In this document: positions 12,400-24,799 of the stretch, piece after piece | Layout: every line of letters starts with the position of its first letter | Numbering within the stretch: the first letter of the stretch is position 1 | NCBI GenBank assembly: GCA_030704615.1 | Contig: CM060732.1 | Location: 66,154,001 to 66,218,000 of the forward strand | Source of the DNA: Takakia lepidozioides | Taxonomy: Eukaryota; Plantae; Bryophyta | Direction: 5' to 3' | Length of the DNA stretch: 64,000 bases | Position numbers and translations under genes: made by a program | The notes under the pieces: model-generated | Told to the model about the DNA's origin: nothing | Database searches by the model: none | What the model saw: the letters and a program-made list of their open reading frames with translations, nothing else

Positions 12400-15300
12400 A
12401 TGACAGGAAGTGAGAAGGGGGCACATGTGTTGCAGCCGCAACGGTGTCAGTCATGGCTGCCCTCCAAACGACGCTTTTGTGCGAGTGGTGCACTTCCTGG
12501 CTCGATGTGGGTAACGCCTATTTTGTCTGCTCAGTTCTGTTTGTGTTTTTCTTGAGTGTTTCACAACGTTCGTCTCGCCTTGCCCGTAATGTTGCTGAAT
12601 AGGCTCACGGGATTCTTGACTGCAGGTACTGTGGGAATCACAAACCATCGGCAGCTCAGAGCAGGGTGCCCTGCCCTATTGACCCATCCCAGTTAGTTCC
12701 TTCAACTCAATTTTTTCCCTTTCACATTGAAATGCATCACAAGAAATGCGGAACTCGCGCAATTAGATCCAACCATGCTTAAGATAATGAACATTTTGTG
12801 GACGACACGCTCTCATGTTGGCGGTTGGGAAATTGGAAGAAATTCTTGGGAGGTATTATTGGGAATTGAACTTTGGCCACACTGTATTCGAATTTGATGT
12901 GTGGGTGAGCCCAAGATGTCCCCTTTTTACTGTGTTACATTTGTGAAGAATGTTAACAATCCTTGATTATATTTGAATATTCTGTACACAGACCAGAGTC
13001 CTTCGGGCACCCCACATACCTTGCTGTAGGGTTTCATGGCACATCCTCCATATGTTTCTGAGCTCAGGTGGGGGATCTGCAGTAGTCAGCTCCACATTGA
13101 CCATATGGAGCGAACATGTTCTGCTCTGAGGGAAACACAGTGCTCACCATCAGCAAAATACTTTACTGAGTGTTCCCTTTGCAGTGCCTGCACTGTTTGC
13201 AACAATTAGGAAAAGCTTTCCTGTGACATCTCAAAGTTAATGAGAAGCAAAAGTTCCTGACTTCTTCCCATATACAAGTTGTTGTTGATTGCAGTTTGGA
13301 CTATGTGAGTCAGTGATCCAGGGGTGAAAACTCCGTAAGTGGACATTGCAGTATGTTTCTCTATTATTTAGCATCTTCACATGTAACCATGTCAAAAATG
13401 AGTGCAGTACTGTTTTGCAGGAGGAGGTTGCAGTCCATGTACAGAAATGCCCTGCAGCCAAACAGCTGCAGTGGTTTGAGCACCAGGCCTACTATTGTAA
13501 GGGTATGAATGCAGGTGGTGAGAATGATCATGAGAGAATCTTCATGCCAGGATATCGGTCAATTTCTGATTCCACCAATGTGAGCACAACAAATTGCAAG
13601 ATTGACGACAGAGAGGTGAGAGGCAATTGTTGTAGGACAAAAATGTGAGGCTGAGTGGGTGAGGTTGAGGGAATTTGCAGAGCAGGGATTTAATAGGATG
13701 GTTACTTCACAGTGGTGGGTCTGGGGTTGAATACTTGTTATGTGGGCTGCCTCAAAAGATTGTCGGGATTCTCTGGGTGTCTCTCCTGTTGTATCTTTTC
13801 GAAGCAGGAAGCCAGGTGGGCATTACTTTCTAACTAAGCCAGTTATTGCACCTATGTATGATCAGCACATTATTAGCCCTCGCAATATGCAATCCCTCAA
13901 CGTTGTTCAAATGCACAGGAAACTCACATCAAAATTCCTGCACTTTTAAATAGAGGGGAAAAAGCTCCACTGAAATCCAGAGTCTTGTGCACTGGGCTGA
14001 CATGGCATCAAGGTCTGAGGGACATGATATTAAAGGGTTTCAACATCTTTAAATGACCAGCAGGTTAGCTGCGGGATCAAGCGTGCGGCCGTGAGCGCTA
14101 TGTCTGGACCCAGTTTTTGGGAATTACTCAGTAAAATAGATAGTGCTTACAGACAATCCTGTGGAGAGCATATCGAGGAGACTATCATCCAGCCTATTGC
14201 GTGTGGCAAATGGTTGGACGGAGAGAGAGATCGGTATGTTGGTCTCAGTATATTTGGCTGTGAGTGGGATTGACTTTGGGTGTGGGTGACCTAGGTTGGT
14301 GAGTAGGGCAGGCCCTTTGCATGCATGGATTTTCCAAATACTGGGCAGACCATCTCGGGAAACGAGCCCAATCCATAGTACTATGTCATGAAGGTTATCT
14401 CACATGAGGTTCATGCTTTCCAGTGAACGGGTTGCTGCAGGCTTCCCAAGAAGGTCTAGGTTTTCTGCCATCGAAAAAATGGCTTGACCATCCAGTTCGA
14501 TAATCTTGTTTTAATGAACATGGACACTGGTTCCCAACCTTGGAGCTGTAGCTAAGTCTGTAACACAGTTGCTGCAAATATGCCACTAACTAGGAGGTTC
14601 AATGCATCTTTGGTCAGCCTAACCTAGAGGGGATTTTCAATAAGAGCTGAGAATGTTCTGGTTGAAGTAATTAGCGTAGCTTGGTGGAATTTGCTCTCTA
14701 TTGTACTACGTTATTCATCTAGCACATTGACAGCTTCGCTTATCACCAGAAAGTGCTGTGCGATTGCAGAAGACTGCCTTATCAAGAGAAGCATGCAGTG
14801 CAGCAAGCGTCCCTACTTGGCAATTTGGAAGCCTTTGGCCTCCTGAAAACCCCGCAATGCAGTCCACAGAACGGAGATGGAGCTTGTGACAGAAGTGGGC
14901 CTCCACATAAAGACAGTCAGTTAGCCTGTGCAGTGCAGCAATGTGCATTTGTGGAATTAGGAGCTGGGAGAGGCTACTTGTCACACATGCTGTGCGATTG
15001 TTATGGTGCTGACAATATAGTGATGGTTGAGCGCCGCTCATACAAGTTTAAGGTGAGCTACATTCAATACAATGCTCCAGTATTGTTTTTTGGACAGCTC
15101 TGCAACAATCATGAGACAGAGGCTGGGCAGCTGGAGCAGATTGGCTAGAAGCTTCTTTTTGTATTAGATTCCTCATAATTCATGTCTCAAGTGGATAAAA
15201 TATGACACACAATGGATATCAGTGATCATGTTTGTGGTGACCCAAGAGAGTTTGTCACTGACAGGCAGACCGAACTTTGCGGCAGTCAAGGGCCATTTCG

Positions 15301-17670
15301 TTGGAGCGTCTGAGAATAGATAGTAAGTTGAGCAGTTGGATTATCCATGTTTTCTATGTGGAAGTGCCATGTGTTTCAAGCTAAGACAACCAAGTTGTAG
15401 CCCAGTGGTGATGGGCAGATACCACCTCGTAAGTGGTTGTGGTTTCAATCCACCGATTGGTGTCACAAAGGTGTCCACCTTCCTACCGGAAGGCAGTAGC
15501 CCTTCGGGGTCAAGAGACACCATAATTTACGTTTCCTTCGGGAGGCGTCATATATTATATTATTGTTTCAAGCTAATTACATGATATTTTATTTCTTGGA
15601 AATGCCATGCATGGCCCCAGCAGTTTGGAGATAGCTTGTCCAGATGGACAAATTCAACCTCTAGACCTTCCCCACAGTAGCTTCTACAATGTTCGCTCAT
15701 CGTGTAGGTCCTCTTATTTCCAGGTAAATCTAGCCTAGTAACCTCCTGGACTCTCAGGCAGCTAGACCCAAAAGGTGACTGGCCTTTGAGTGCCAGGTGT
15801 CGAAATCATTGGGCCCCTCATGGTTATACTACACAAAGTTCAGCTGTACGGAGGTTGGTAGTTGTTACGTAGGGCACTGGCCCCTTGTGATTTGTGTGGT
15901 TTCATGTACAAATTTACTTATTGCCTTCAAAATCTGGTGCTGCAGTTGAAGATCTAAACCTGAAGGAGGTACCAAGTTTACAGGGCTGCCATTTTGTTGC
16001 GGTCAGCAAGCATCTTTGTGGACCAGCTACAGGCATAGTGCCCCCTTTTTCCAGCCTCTCCCTCTTATTTTACCCCTCTCCCCTCTGCCTCTCTTTCTCT
16101 GTGTCCATGAAACAGTTGCGCCTGTGGTTCTCCTTTGTTGCTGTACTGTGCCCCACAGACCGTCTAGGCCTGCCTGGGATGCAAGAACTCTCTTTGCTTC
16201 TTTCGTCTCTCTTGTCATTGTATCTTTCTTTCGCAAAGATTTAGCTAGCAGATTTCAGCATGAGAAATGGGCAGGTGTCCAAGAGATTCTAACGATGTTC
16301 ACCTCATGGGTTGCACAGATTGGTTCAGATCTTGCTGATTATAGTTAGATTGTTATGTTGTGGTGATACAGATTTGGCACTGCGGTGCTGCCTTTATGAA
16401 CCTCGGAATACATCAGGCAACAGCTCCAACCCATTAAGCAGAGAAGGTGGAAGAGAAGGACCACAGAGATCAGTTTCCTCACCACAGGAGCCAGTGCTAG
16501 ATGGGCTGGGTATCGCCACATGTTGTCATCATTTGTGTCAATGGAAGTCATATGTCAGTAAGTCCCACGAGCTTTGCCTGCAAATGCAAGTATGCTTCTT
16601 TCCTTCTTTGAGGATGGAGTGGTTCAGAAAGGAAGAACGATGCATGGTTTTAGTGGTTCCTCTGCCCATGATGTCTATAAGAAGCTTCACTGCCTAAACT
16701 CTCATTTGAGTATGACAACCATACCAACTTCATCTGCCTGCATTTCTGGTAGTAAATTGGACTTGTACCAGGTATGTTGTGCTTTATGGTGTGCAATATT
16801 GTAGCTAATATTTATGGATGTGCTTACAGATATGGATATAAGAGATTCTTGAATGTATATTTGGAATTCATGTGAGCTGTCTATATTACTTGCCCATCGA
16901 AAGTTGCATAGATGCTTTGTCGCCGGCTTGTTCCCAGAAGAGGGGATGCCCCTAAGATTTGTGTTTGGGATCCACCTCTTGCCGAAGAAAATATCTTGTC
17001 TCATAAGCCATGTTTTGGCTATCATGGACTTGCTAGGTAAGGTAGTTTTATGTGCATGTTGAGGGTGCAGATAAACCTTTCTTCCACAATTTGGGTTTCT
17101 CTGTTGAAGAGTTTCAAGCCATCACATGGTTAACCAGTTGGGCCCTCTCTGGGCCTGGGGAACATGGGGCGCCTAATTCGGAGGCCCTGCTGGTGGCTGA
17201 TCAGCCACCCAGTTGTCTCCCGTAAGTGATTGAGCTCTTCGTTGTCGACATTGTTGCTGTTAGAAATGTAATTTAGTCAATCTTTACTCCAAAATGCTTG
17301 ATTCTTTCTTTCCAATTTTTTGTCTTAGTGATGACAGTCTGCTCAGGAATGAGTCCTGGCCCTGATGGTGTATCATCATCTCTTGACTTGCAGGCAGACT
17401 TCAGGTGGGAAATCCCAGGAAGGCATCCCTTCAAAGGCGAAGTTATCAGAGGCCATGAACTCTGTAGATGCAACAGAGAGAGCTGCTTTGGGAAGGAGAT
17501 GCAAACAGTTGATAGACATGGGCAGGCTGTTATGGCTTAGGGAGCGAGGCATGCAAGCGAAGCTTGTGAACTATGTGGCAGCTGGTGTTTCACCAGAGAA
17601 CAAATTGCTCTTAGCAAGATGGGCCTCATCAAGGGGCATATTTCACCAACCTTCAGAAGCAAATCAGTAA
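12400..17670 (+). CDS. TRM13: tRNA:m(4)X methyltransferase TRM13 homolog. Exons 12400-12506, 12626-12691, 13408-13615, 14064-14233, 14770-15052, 15265-15322, 15946-16032, 16372-16557, 17071-17221, 17394-17670
   Basis: CCCH finger (CQSWLPSKRRFC...YCGNH), CHHC finger (CPIDPSHTV...HVQKCP), PYQEKHAVQQASLLGNLE, FVELGAGRGYLS, VERRSYKFKADR, RLRIDIEDL, SKHLCGPATDLALRC, GIATCCHHLCQW, GRRCKQLIDMGRL, SPENKLL. Splice phases are consistent; one GC-AG intron is required. Confidence 0.93.
15385..15563 (+). mobile_element. tRNA-derived SINE, family 1, full-length copy in a TRM13 intron
   Basis: A-box TAGCCCAGTGG, B-box-like GGTTTCAATCC, AT-rich tail (tatattatattat), perfect 13-bp TSD TGTTTCAAGCTAA at 15372-15384 and 15564-15576. 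Confidence 0.9.
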
Positions 17671-17913
17671 TGGAAATTTGTTAGTGGGCGCTTGACCACT
17701 CTCACAATTGACAGAATACTGAACAGTTCCTCAATTTTTCTATGAATCCATGGCAAGTTTGGGCCTCAGGGGGAGACTTGCTAATGGGCGCTGGGTCTTC
17801 AGAGCATAGAGTTTTCTCAAGGATTAAATTAATAAACCATCAGTGATCTGAAGCTTGATAGAAAACCATCTTAATCAAAGGCCTTCTCCCCCTTCTAGTT
17901 AGTAAAACAAAGT

Positions 17914-18479
17914 CAGTAGCTCAGTTGGATAGTGCACTGAGTGCCACCCAGATGATTCTGGGGTCCAATCCTGCTACATTGTTGGGTGTGCTTTATCTTT
18001 CAATTTGCCAAAATTGCTGCTCCTTTAACCAGATTGTTGTCCAAAGATGGGCGCTTTGCATGGGGTAAGGCTGAGAACTCTGCTTTTGAAAAGTTAAAAA
18101 TTGCCTTGACCTCTGCTCCTGTACTGGTCTACCCTGATTTTAGCAAATCATTCCTTTTGCAAACTGATGCAAGCAATCTTGCAATCTCTGCTGTTCTTAG
18201 CCAAGTTCACGATGGCCTTGAACCTGCTGTAGCCTATGCTTCTTGCCGATTAGATAAACATGAACGCAATTATTCGATTACAGACAAGGAAGGACTGGCT
18301 GTTGTGTTTGGTGTCAAATACTTTCGCCAGTACTTGCATGGTTGTTTGGGCAGTGTCCCATCAGCAAGCCTTCACGGCGAGGTTACTGTGAAAGAGGTTA
18401 TTTTCTCCTCTCACTAAAATTACGGGGCCTGATTTGTGAGCTATCGCTCCTAGGTGTCTCCCTTCTTATAAAGAAAAAA
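17914..18479 (+). mobile_element. tRNA-derived SINE, family 2, interrupted by a Ty3/gypsy RT-RNase H fragment
   Basis: A-box TAGCTCAGTTGG, B-box-like GGTCCAATCC, 3' body shared with 37644-37774(-), A-rich tail. The direct repeat AAAACAAAGT (17904-17913 / 18480-18489) flanks the whole unit. Confidence 0.75.
17986..18345 (+). mobile_element. Ty3/gypsy pol fragment (RT connection - RNase H), no LTRs
   Basis: FAKIAAPLTRLLSK...FAWG...AFEKLK.AL.SAPVL.YPDFSKSF.LQTDAS..AISAVLSQ...VAYAS..L...ERNYSITDKEGLAVVFGVKYFRQYLHG. Confidence 0.92.
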
Positions 18480-18707
18480 AAAACAAAGTATTAATTTGTA
18501 GGAATGGTGGTACAACGTGTTGACCATTCTGGTTTATCTCATGCCTTAGCAGGTGGTGATTGTGAAAAAATCCTATAGACGCCATATCATTGCTAATTTT
18601 CTTCGTCTTGGTCAGTCGAGATGAAGCCAATATGACCCAGGTAATGATGTCAACCAATAGGATCATTGCATTTTGAGTTGGTCCTGAGTCTAAATTGGCC
18701 CTCAATA

Positions 18708-19257
18708 TCATCTCTCTTTTTTCTTTTTTTTAAAAGGGAATATCTCATTGATATATCAACAACACACTTGTCCTGGAAGTTCACCTCTCCAAGGGATGCG
18801 TCATGAACCTTCCGTATCAATATGCTACAAATGATCGATTGGGCCGTCAACGCCGTCATCAATATATGAAACAAGGTACATAATTTGTTTGTTTTGTTTA
18901 CTTTGTAGCATTGAAAATTTGAGATCTCTCAAACCGTGGGCTTGGTACCGTTGGAAAGCCCTCCATGAGGAAGGGTGCACCAACTTGGTCTTATAATTCT
19001 TGGACCTGCGGTGTGGGAGATGTCGAATTTCAAGTACTTTTGGTCGATGGAAATTCGTGAAAAATAGCAAAGTGGGCTTTCCTGGGACAATTATTAGATA
19101 TATTATTACTCAATAAATTCATGGAAAACAATAAATTGGTTTCAGTTATGCACACATGGGCATCTACATAGGAGATGCACTTGGATACATACATCGGAAA
19201 TTGCACTTGGACTTAGATGACAATGGACACTTGGGCCACCGGCACAGGCTACCCTAG
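18708..19257 (+). mobile_element. Probable non-autonomous Helitron
   Basis: Putative A|TC 5' end. The 3' end has an imperfect GC-rich hairpin (tgggccaccggcaca) followed by CTAG|T. No TSD or TIR. The 5' boundary is uncertain. Confidence 0.5.
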
Positions 19258-20411
19258 TTATGATGAAGTTTCCATGGAAAGAGGAGGCTGTTCTTTCTTG
19301 ATAAACAATGTTGCAAGCTTGATGTGACTCACCTAACTAGGCCCTGCAACCCATTATCTTTTAAATTATAAATAAGAATATTCATATTATATGTTACATA
19401 TTTTTGGGTTTAATTATCAGTTTGACTGCTTACTAGGTAGTACAAAAAATCCCCCTGTTCTTAAAAAAAACAAAACAAAGAACAAAAAACAGAATAAAAC
19501 TGATTACTAGTAAAGACTATGTGGGGAAAGGAAGGCACAATCTTTGAAAACATTGATGAGCAGGCAAGAACATCTGAATGTGATCGCAAGGCAGGTCCAG
19601 ATGCAGTGGCGGGTGCTTGAATCCAGTTAGTTCATCCCCCTTCTCATCGTCTCCACCAAACCCCCACCTCCTTCCACATTCAATCTCTCTCACCATCCCC
19701 TGGATCTGTACCTACATACAGCTGAGGCGGCAGTTGGCCAGTGTTCAAAATTTTCTAAAGACGGGGTTGGTGTGCATGTGTGAGTGTGCAATTCTGTGAG
19801 GAAGCTTCACAGTAGCAGTCTCTGCCTTTTCGTTGTGTCTCTTCTCATTTTTTCAGTCGTTCGCCACCTGTGCTTGATTTCTGTTGTTCTGCTTGCATGC
19901 CTGCTTCCCCTAGTGCTGTCTTCTTCCTGGGTGCTGCTGCTGTGTTGAATTTGGCATCCGAATTGTTTCAGCTGTGAGAATTTGTGAGGGTTGTCTCTTC
20001 ATGCTCTGAAGTGTCACAGCGGGAGAGGGAGAGAGAGAGAGGAGGAGCGAAAGGGGCTGCTGGCTTAGAGAAGTGTCATTTTCAGACACGTCGTCGGTGT
20101 GAAGAAGTCTGTGGGTTCTCTCTGGTGAGGAAAATATGCAATTGCTTGTGGCAGCTTGTGAGTCTTTGGCCCTTTTTCAAGCCAGTAGTGGATGTTGTTG
20201 CCCTTGTAGTGTGTCGTGAGATAAACCCTCTCCATGTGTAAGTGTTAGGTCTAGTCCAGCAGCAGCATTCCCATTGCCGACAGAGAAGGAGAAGAAATCA
20301 AACGGCAAGGCGAAAGATCCATTTTTTTACCTTGCTTGTTCAGTTGAAGGTTCTTCCATCACGCGGCAGCTGAGCATCAACCGGAACGAAGAAAAGGGAG
20401 AACTTGAAGGA

Positions 20412-23400
20412 ATGGATAACACCGAGATGAAACCGTGTTTGTCGTTGGGATACGATACGCAGGCGTCAATGATTCAACAAGGCGGGCAGCAACCAATTCA
20501 AGCGGATGACAACGGCGCGGAACCATCTTTTTCTGGTGAAGGGTCCCTCCACAACCCGATTCACGTATCATCCGTGCATGCTAACCCTCAGGAGGGTTTG
20601 ATGTCCGGCACTGCCGCCTCACCTCAGCAAAGCGCAATCCAGCTGATGGGGCAGAGGGAGATGACGCTAGGTTCTTCTAGGGATCTCCCTCAACATCATG
20701 TGGTAGGTGTTGTAAATTCAGGGGCCTTTGTGGCGTTGGGAACCTCGCAACGGGTGAAGAGAAGGATGTCCCCTCTACATGGCCGTCAGCGAGGCAACTT
20801 TCGAACCCCTTCTCCTGTTCCCTCTACTCAAACCACGGCCGGCAGAAACCCTGCACCTTCGAATTCTCATCCCATCATGGGCCAGGGCTCATCTCAAACC
20901 CTTCAGCAGTTGTCACAGACTGGATCAGGGTTTCAGTGTGTTGTTGGCTCCGAGCAGTCTCTTAGCGCTATTCCTAGACCCATTCCCAGCCTGCCTGCGA
21001 ATATGGGACACAGCGTGGGTATGAACCAAGGACCTTATTTCAGCCAGGCCCAATACCATGATCACATATCCCGGAAGGCGGCTGTGCGGGAGTGGGGAAA
21101 CAAGCCTCTCGCTCTAGCGGACCCAGACTTGTGGGACCTGATGGAGAAAGAAAAGAACCGGCAATGGAAAGGGATTGAGCTGATTGCCTCAGAGAATTTC
21201 ACTTCGCAGGCAGTTATTGAAGCTTTGGGCAGCCATCTCACCAACAAGTATTCAGAGGGGCTTCCTGGTGTGCGTTACTATAAGGGCAATCAATTCATTG
21301 ATCAGATTGAGTCCCTCTGCTGTTCTCGCGCATTGATGGCATTCCATCTGGATCCTGAAAAGTGGGGTGTAAATGTGCAGCCATACTCATGTTCTTCTGC
21401 AAATTTTGCAGTGTATACTGCTCTCTTGCAACCAAATGATCGGATCATGGGTTTGGATGTCTTGTCAGGAGGTCACTTGAGCCACGGCTACTATACTCAA
21501 AGGTTGGTGGTGCAAAATTTCGTCTAGTGATTTGTAAATTCAGGATGGACATTTGATTTTTTTTTCCCCCATCGGAGTTCTTGTTGGTAGCAAAGATCTC
21601 TCCTTTCTATGAAAAGCGAAGCATTCGGTAAGTGCATTTGGCAAGTTTTCAAACTCAGAGCTTGTATTGAACAAAATGGAAGCACCTCCCTTATGATGCG
21701 GCCAGTCCATGTAAGTCCCTAGTATGCATCATCTAAGGAGGCCAACCAATGATGTGAAAGACCGGTCCGATTGTCTGGATGGCTGTTACAAGCTTTTGTG
21801 TCAAAATTGGGAGTCTCATAAGTCTACTTTTGTGTTGTTTTAGTTTAACTTGTAAAGAGCTGGTTTTCAAGATATTCTTTTTGAGTTTGTCTAGACGATA
21901 GTGAAGTGGAAATCAGGAAATGTCAGTATTTGGAGGCTTACTCAACTTTGTGCAGTGCATTTCACTGTCAAATAGGAATGTTGCTGTTATTCTATGGCCC
22001 AAAACTTTGGCCACCTGCAGACAGGAAAAGTATTTCCCTATTTAGAACAGAGTGTTGAAGTTATTCTCAGAAGTGCATAAAAACTTGTGTTTCAGTGGGA
22101 AGAAGATCTCAGCTGCATCAATTTATTTCCAGACCCTGCCGTTTAAGGTCCACCCGAAAACTGGGCGGATAGATTATGAGAAACTGGAGGAAACTGTTCT
22201 CCTCTTCCGCCCCAAGATCTTGATCTGTGGAGGAAGTTCGTACCCTCGCGAATGGGACTATGCCCAGTTTCGGCAGATAGCTGATAAAGTTAATGCCATT
22301 CTTATGTGTGATATGGCTCATATTAGCGGCCTGGTTGTTGCTCAGGTTAGTTTTCAACCCACCTGTAGTTTGTTTACGGAACTATGAATTGCATTGACAG
22401 GTTGCAGTGTCATTTTATTGATCGTGTGCCTCCACTTTTGTTTCCTTGGTCAGTGTTGGTTCTCAGAAGAGGCTGCTTGGTCCTTACAGGCAGCAATGGT
22501 GGTGATCCCTTCTGAAAGTGAGCAGATCTTTCTGATATTACATATGAAACATGGAAAAGGGCATAGTGACCTTGCCATGAATGGATCTATGTCCACAGTG
22601 AACAGCTTAAAGGCAGGAGCTTTCCAAGAATCAGAAGAGGAACTACATGAAGCAGTTGATTTAAGATTTTCTCTTGCTGTGTTTGCAGGAATGCAATAGC
22701 CCATTTGATCACTGTGACATTGTTACCTCAACTACACACAAGTCCCTGCGCGGTCCTCGGGGAGGGATGATTTTCTACCGAAAAGGTCCCAAGCATCACC
22801 GGAGGCTGGGAGATGAGGTCTACAGCTTTGAGAGGGACATCAATTTTGCTATCCACCCTACACTGCAAGGAGGCCCTCATAACAACCATATTGCTGCGCT
22901 TGCTACATCTCTTAAGCAGGCAGCTACTCCAGAGTATAAGGCGTACATGCAGCAAGTAAAAAGGAATGCTCAAGTACTTGCAGAGGGCTTGAAAAAGCGA
23001 GGCTGTGAGCTGGTCACAGATGGGACTGATAACCACCTGATTCTTGTGGATCTGCGCCCTTGCGGTGTGACAGGTGGGTCTGGCTGCTTGTCTTCTCTCT
23101 CATTCTCTCTCTCTCAAAGTCTCGAGGCTGAGCCAAAAGCCCAGGCCCTTCTGGTGCCTAGTTATTGGGCAAACCACACAGCAGATTGATGCTTCTGTGA
23201 AGGGATTTCTAGAGGATATCCGAAAACCCGCATCAATGTTCTATATCAAGGTAAGTCTTACTACCTACGTCAGCCCCTGACAGAGGTAGGTTCTGTCCCT
23301 TTGTGTTCCGCTCAAACTGGGCGTGGGGTCAATGGCCACAAGGCTCCAAACAACATCGTTTTTTCCAGGCCCTCTTGGGGCCTAGTTATTGGGCAAACCA

Positions 23401-24799
23401 CACACAGCAGGTTGACGCTTGTGTAAAGGGATCTCTAGAGGATATCTGGAAAACCCGGATCAATTGTTTATTCCAAGGTAAGTCTTACTACTGGTATCAG
23501 CCCGTGACGAAGGTAGGTTCTGGCCCTTTGTGTTCCGCTCAAACTGGGCACAGGGTCAATGGCCACAAGGTTACGGCAAACAACATCTTATGAGCAAATT
23601 CTCTCCCTTTTCTAGAGGATATCTGGAAAACTCAGATCATTTGTCTGTTCCAAGGTAAGTCATACTACTGGTGTCAGTCCCTGACGAAGGTAGTTTCTGT
23701 CCCATTGTGTTCCCCACAAACTGAGCGCAGGGTCAATGGCCACAAGGCTATGGCAAACAATGTCTTACGAGTACATTCTCTAGGTAAGTCTCACTAAGGT
23801 AGTGTCTATTCCCTCTGTTTCCGTCCAAACTGGAGCGGGGGTCTATGGCCAGAAGGCTATGGCAAATGTCTTATGAGTACATCTCCCTTCAAATGGTCCA
23901 TCCGAGCCTACTGAGCACTCTTTTGTAGCAGTCTTTTCATCTCTTTCACCTGTGACTCCCTGTTTCAGTCTCTCCCTTCAACTTCTGCCATTGGCTAAAC
24001 GATGGCTGTCATTATCAACGTATGGCAGGGAATCTAGTGGAGGAGGTCTGTGAAGCATGTCACATCACTGTGAACAAGAATGTTGTCTATGGCGAAGTTA
24101 GTGCCTGGCATCCTGGAGGCATTCGCATTGGTAAGCTGTCTCCCCTCGCTCTCTCTGCAATTATTTCAATCCTATTTCATAATTGTTATGCTCAAGTGAT
24201 AGCTTTTCTTGTTGAGTACTAGCCAACATCATGACTGAGTTTTCTGGAAAAGTGGCAGAAACTTTATGCAAATATGTGTATGATGGTATGCCCATGAATT
24301 TGAGTGCACTACTTTATGTGATCTACACCCACTGTCAAGAGCTGATGAAGTTGGGAAGCAGCTTGTCACATCATGAATTTGATGGTCTGATTGACAGCAC
24401 ATTTTTAAGGCTGCACTCCCTATGTTGCACTAGCTTAGGTTTGAACTTGAACTGGATTACCTCTTAATATCTGTATGGGAGTTGTTACTCGGTAGTTAAT
24501 TAGTTTTGGTCTTCAGGGGTCATGAGCATCTGTGGTGTCATCTGTTTCTACCAGGAACCCCAGCTATGACTTCCCGAGGGTGCACAGAAGTGGACTTTGA
24601 CAAGATTGCAGCCTTCCTTCACAAGGCAGTGCAGATCACCATGAGTGTGCAGAAGGAGACCGCAAAGCTGCAGCGGGAATTTGTCAAGGGCTTGCAGAAT
24701 AATAGTGCTATTGCAGAGCTGAGGGCGAGTGTTGAGAAGTTTGCATCCTCATTTGAGATGCCGGGGTTTGAGGTTTCAACCATGAAGTACATGGATTAG
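20412..24799 (+). CDS. SHMT: Serine hydroxymethyltransferase of the SHM6/SHM7 (nuclear-type) subgroup. Exons 20412-21502, 22096-22345, 22689-23073, 24029-24130, 24555-24799
   Basis: AVREWGN.PL..ADPDL...[69 protein letters not shown]-lysine motif [41 protein letters not shown]. The long N-terminal extension and YSCSSAN are typical of SHM6/7. All introns are GT-AG. Confidence 0.95.
23116..23885 (+). mobile_element. Tandem array of about four progressively shorter LINE (RTEX-like) 3' ends in SHMT intron 3
   Basis: Repeated unit ctagaggatat...ggtaagtcttactac...gtaggttctg.ccctttgtgttccgctcaaactgggc...ggtcaatggccacaaggct..ggcaaacaa..tcttatgag, highly similar to 57173-57430. Confidence 0.88.

Noticed and set aside
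18350-18465. Possible snRNA/snoRNA (repeated at 37644-37774)
   Set aside because: No recognised U-snRNA sequence; it joins a tRNA-like head in the 42432-42505 copy, so it is a SINE body.
20274-20411. ORF-track start of SHMT at 20274
   Set aside because: It is a TTG codon; the first in-frame ATG is at 20412.
23116-23885. Repeat array as a CRISPR-like or satellite structure
   Set aside because: The units are 100-250-bp LINE 3' ends matching 57173-57430, with no unique spacers.
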